From NCBI GenBank assembly GCA_026398255.1, contig JAPLTG010000007.1, positions 41,786 through 105,785 of the forward strand: a DNA stretch of 64,000 nucleotides. Direction: 5' to 3'. Position numbers and translations under genes: made by a program. The notes beneath the pieces are model-generated. The model was not told where the DNA came from and did no database searches. It worked only from the letters and a program-made list of their open reading frames with translations. This document shows positions 61,208-64,000 of the stretch, one piece after another (position 1 is the first letter of the stretch; every line of letters starts with the position of its first letter). The DNA is from Verrucomicrobiota bacterium (GTDB taxonomy: Bacteria; Verrucomicrobiota; Verrucomicrobiia; Chthoniobacterales; Terrimicrobiaceae).

Positions 61208-62629
61208 TCAATCGACGGCACCGGCGGGTTGCCCGTCGTCCGGTCCTTGGCTGAATGCCACCGGCAGGGAGAATTGCGGCGCGTCCTTGAGAGTCATCAT
61301 CAGAAGAAATCCATATTCCTGGTCGCCACCCAAGTTGTCGCGCACCTCGGCTCCGATTGAGGCCACCCAGCTGGTGAGGTCGCGATTGACGAAATAGCGC
61401 TGGTATTGGAGCACCTGACTTTCGAACTCGTATTGCTCGTAAAGGCTCACGCTCCAGTTGTCATTGAGGCGCCAGTAGGCGAAGAAATTTACCTGGCTGT
61501 TGTCAGTGAAGTAATCATTGCCATCGATGTAGCGATGTCCGAGCGAAAACCGCGTGTCGCGTGTGGGCATCACACTCAAGGTCGTATTCACCTCAGTGAA
61601 TCCCTCCGTGACGACTGGGAGTTGCGATTCAATACCCAGCGAGGCCCAGGGGAGGGGATAAAAGCGGACCACATTGAAAAGATTCGAGACCGGCGCTTCG
61701 GTGTAGGGATTTTCAAAATTGGCATCCATGAAGGTATTCCATGTCAGCCACTGGTAGGTGTCTCCGTCTCGGCGGGTCTGGAAGCGTTGGTTGAAACCCA
61801 TGCGCGTGATGCTCCAGGTGCCGATCGAGTCGATCGCGTAGAACTGAGGAAAATCCAGAGGCAGGAGCTGGGTGGACGGCACGACGCGGTCGAATTGATA
61901 GATGTCCTCCGGAGCGGGGCCCATGTTGTTAACACCCGAGTAGTTGATGTAGGGCTCGACCACATGGCGCAGACCATCGAGGCCCAAGGCGCGGCTTTGG
62001 ACTTGCTCAAAGGCGCGGGAGAATTTGGTGGAAACGGAAAGGCCGTAATTCGCAATCGGGCGAAACACCGCACCCTTTTGCTTCAGATTCGATGAGGGGT
62101 CGTTGAGGGGATTTTCAGAAGTTTGGTTGTCGTTTGGATTAACCACGATCAGCTCGCCGCTCACGGGATCGTAGACCTGCTGGCCTGAGGCGGGTTGAAT
62201 GAACGAGCCGCTGGCGCTGTAGTAGGTGCCTCGAATGCCGGCGCGGGGGTTGACATTCAACCAACCGAACAACTGCGAGGGCAGGGACCACTGGTGGAAA
62301 GTATCGAAGCGCGTGGATTGGTAATCAGGGAACTCCGTTTCACCGAACTCGGGCGTGTTTGAAAACGCACGGCGAAGTTGAGCCACGCCCGTCTCGCCGT
62401 CGTATTGGAGCGGTAGACCGAAGAACGATTGGTTTTTAAAGTCAAAAACCAGCTCGGGTTTGCGCTCGGTGGTATCTTGAAAATCATTGACCTGCCAGCG
62501 GCCGAGGAGTGTGAGCGTGTAGTCCTCATCCCATTTGGTGAGGGAGAGCGAAGTGTCGGGCTGAGGGTCGTTGCGGTAATCTTGCGGGTAGAAATCCTCA
62601 AGAAAATCGACATCGCTGATCCAGTTCAC
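61208..62629 (-). CDS. lptD: LPS-assembly protein LptD, C-terminal beta-barrel portion (apparently separated from the N-terminal part by a frameshift)
   Basis: The listed GTG start is probably artefactual, because the same frame stays protein-like upstream (RVSFQQRLFLTDDIYGTADVNWISDVDFLEDFY). It is a beta-strand-rich 473-aa barrel-like sequence. Confidence 0.65.
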   Translation of the reverse strand: MNWISDVDFLEDFYPQDYRNDPQPDTSLSLTKWDEDYTLTLLGRWQVNDFQDTTERKPELVFDFKNQSFFGLPLQYDGETGVAQLRRAFSNTPEFGETEFPDYQSTRFDTFHQWSLPSQLFGWLNVNPRAGIRGTYYSASGSFIQPASGQQVYDPVSGELIVVNPNDNQTSENPLNDPSSNLKQKGAVFRPIANYGLSVSTKFSRAFEQVQSRALGLDGLRHVVEPYINYSGVNNMGPAPEDIYQFDRVVPSTQLLPLDFPQFYAIDSIGTWSITRMGFNQRFQTRRDGDTYQWLTWNTFMDANFENPYTEAPVSNLFNVVRFYPLPWASLGIESQLPVVTEGFTEVNTTLSVMPTRDTRFSLGHRYIDGNDYFTDNSQVNFFAYWRLNDNWSVSLYEQYEFESQVLQYQRYFVNRDLTSWVASIGAEVRDNLGGDQEYGFLLMMTLKDAPQFSLPVAFSQGPDDGQPAGAVD

Positions 62630-63507
62630 ATCGGCCGTTCCGTAGATGTCATCGGTGAGGAAAAGTCGTTGCTGGAAGGAAACCCGCGCGTCTCGGCTGG
62701 TTCGCCGGGGGCTTCGACGGTCGTCACATCTTTCGTTTCAAACACATAGTCGGCGACCAGATTCCCAAAATTTCGACCACCCGGGCCGTATTTCATATTG
62801 AGATCGAGGCCGATGGAGGGACCGAATTCCGTGCGTTCCTCGAGGCGGACGGCGGCATCGATTCCCTCGGTGACGGGAAACGAATACGAGAGGAGCAAAT
62901 AAGCCCCCCAGCGGGAATCATAACCGGGGAGGAATTGGAAACCGGAGCGATTCAGATCGGCATAGAGGAGAGGGAACCAAAGGATCGGCGTCTGCCCGAC
63001 ATAGAGCGTTGTGTTCGTCATCACGACACGGTCGCCGGGATAAAAACGAATCGAGCGGGGCTTCACATGATAATCTGGCTGGGAAGAATCGTGCGTGGTC
63101 AGCGTGCCATCGCGGACACGAAATTCCTTGGGAGAAACGGAGCGAAAATTAAAGGCGCGAAAGTAGAAAGGATATTGAGAACCGGAAAATTCCAGCGCAC
63201 GCATTTGTTTGCTCTCGAGATTAAAAAGGGCGCGCTGGCCCGTCAGGACTTGGTCCGGCGTGTAAACTCGAATGTTGCCAACGAGCAGGACGTCGCGGGT
63301 GTCGGGGTTATATTCCGCGTAGTCGCTGAAGATGCTGTATTCGCCGTAGTGGATTTGGACATTGTCCTCGGCGATCGCAATGCCTTCGTCGAACCGCGTG
63401 CCTCCATCGGCTGTGATTTCCACAGGAAAATCCCCGAAACTCCCGAACTGCGCACGGGCTGTCGATAGCGCCGCAAACAGGCACAGACTGAGCAGGAACT
63501 TCCTCAT
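62626..63507 (-). CDS. lptD: LptD N-terminal portion (signal peptide plus OstA/LptA-like domain and start of the barrel)
   Basis: Starts MRKFLLSLCLFAALSTARAQ, then the OstA-like AEDNVQIHYGEYSIFSDYAEYNPDTRDVLLVGNIRV. Start moved to the ATG at 63507. Confidence 0.65.
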   Translation of the reverse strand: MRKFLLSLCLFAALSTARAQFGSFGDFPVEITADGGTRFDEGIAIAEDNVQIHYGEYSIFSDYAEYNPDTRDVLLVGNIRVYTPDQVLTGQRALFNLESKQMRALEFSGSQYPFYFRAFNFRSVSPKEFRVRDGTLTTHDSSQPDYHVKPRSIRFYPGDRVVMTNTTLYVGQTPILWFPLLYADLNRSGFQFLPGYDSRWGAYLLLSYSFPVTEGIDAAVRLEERTEFGPSIGLDLNMKYGPGGRNFGNLVADYVFETKDVTTVEAPGEPAETRGFPSSNDFSSPMTSTERPM

Positions 63508-63573
63508 TGGAGGGCGAAGGCTAAATATCGACCGGATCGAGATCAAGATGGGAATTGGCGATTCACGCGGTGC

Positions 63574-64000
63574 TCAAGCCTTCGCGGGCGGCGCTTTGGG
63601 TTTGAGCGAGGCGAGTGGTTTTTCCATGAGATACCAACTCAAAAACGCCGCGAGATAGGAGAGCGCGAAGACCGCCAGGATCACGCCGAGTTTGTCTGGG
63701 GTGTTCGGCAGGCCCCCTTTTCCGAATGCCCACATGACGAAGCTGTGGAGGATCGGGTGGAAAATATACAACGCGTAGCTGATCATGCCGGTGTAAACGA
63801 GGATCGGGGAGGTGAGAACTTTTCCCCAAGGTCCGGAAAACCCGACCGCTGTGCGGAGAATCAGCCAACCGAAGAACAGGGCCTCCAGAGTTTCTGACAA
63901 ATGCGTGAGAGGCGTCTCCGAGAATCTCATCCGGATCAGCGTGCCGAGAATCAGGAAAATCCATGCGAACAGGGCGACCCAGGGCTTGAGGGCCAGCTTG
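63574..64000 (-). CDS. Acyltransferase family 3 (OafA-like) membrane protein, C-terminal part (5' end beyond the window)
   Basis: Contains ...GMISYALYIFHPILHSF...LSYLAAFLSWYLMEKP. The frame stays open to the window edge. Confidence 0.65.
   Translation of the reverse strand, partial: KLALKPWVALFAWIFLILGTLIRMRFSETPLTHLSETLEALFFGWLILRTAVGFSGPWGKVLTSPILVYTGMISYALYIFHPILHSFVMWAFGKGGLPNTPDKLGVILAVFALSYLAAFLSWYLMEKPLASLKPKAPPAKA

Overview
GC-rich bacterial chromosome segment (by eye high-50s % GC, not computed). It is most likely Verrucomicrobiota, judging from an Akkermansia Amuc_1098-1102-type pilus-like locus, a prepilin-type N-terminus and a Lys/Ala-rich histone-like protein. Most of the window is housekeeping: nuoG (partial), nth, leuA, cfa, glnD, gmk, ilvN/ilvC, metF, dnaK, groES/groEL, tkt, cysH, trmL, secA, folA/thyA, ugd and lptD. 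I saw no rRNA, tRNA or CRISPR array. Many long ORFs in the track are antisense shadows of these genes, and several true genes start well inside the listed ORF. The accessory content falls into six groups. (1) An insertion hotspot at 5.3-8.1 kb holds two ~190-bp direct repeats flanking a hicB-hicA pair, an SPFH-gene relic, and an IS200/RAYT-like HUH transposase bracketed by perfect 20-bp inverted repeats. (2) A dispersed family of inverted-repeat arms built from CRCRGAG triplets sits at gene 3' ends. Three pairs are empty hairpins, one pair encloses a GxxExxY ORF wedged between DUF1295 and cfa, and one pair encloses a ~2.9-kb low-GC island. (3) That island carries a putative HEPN (Rx4H) protein and a secreted Sel1-repeat protein. 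A displaced relic of the neighbouring gene's 3' end lies just outside it. (4) A six-gene type IV pilus-like locus has a PilM-PilN fusion, an Amuc_1100-like protein and two tandem secretin paralogs containing G8 tracts. (5) There is a HEPN/nucleotidyltransferase toxin-antitoxin pair. (6) lptD is apparently split by a frameshift. I consider the repeat-bracketed cassettes and the low-GC island the most novel signal. All family assignments come from reading motifs in the translations, not from database searches.
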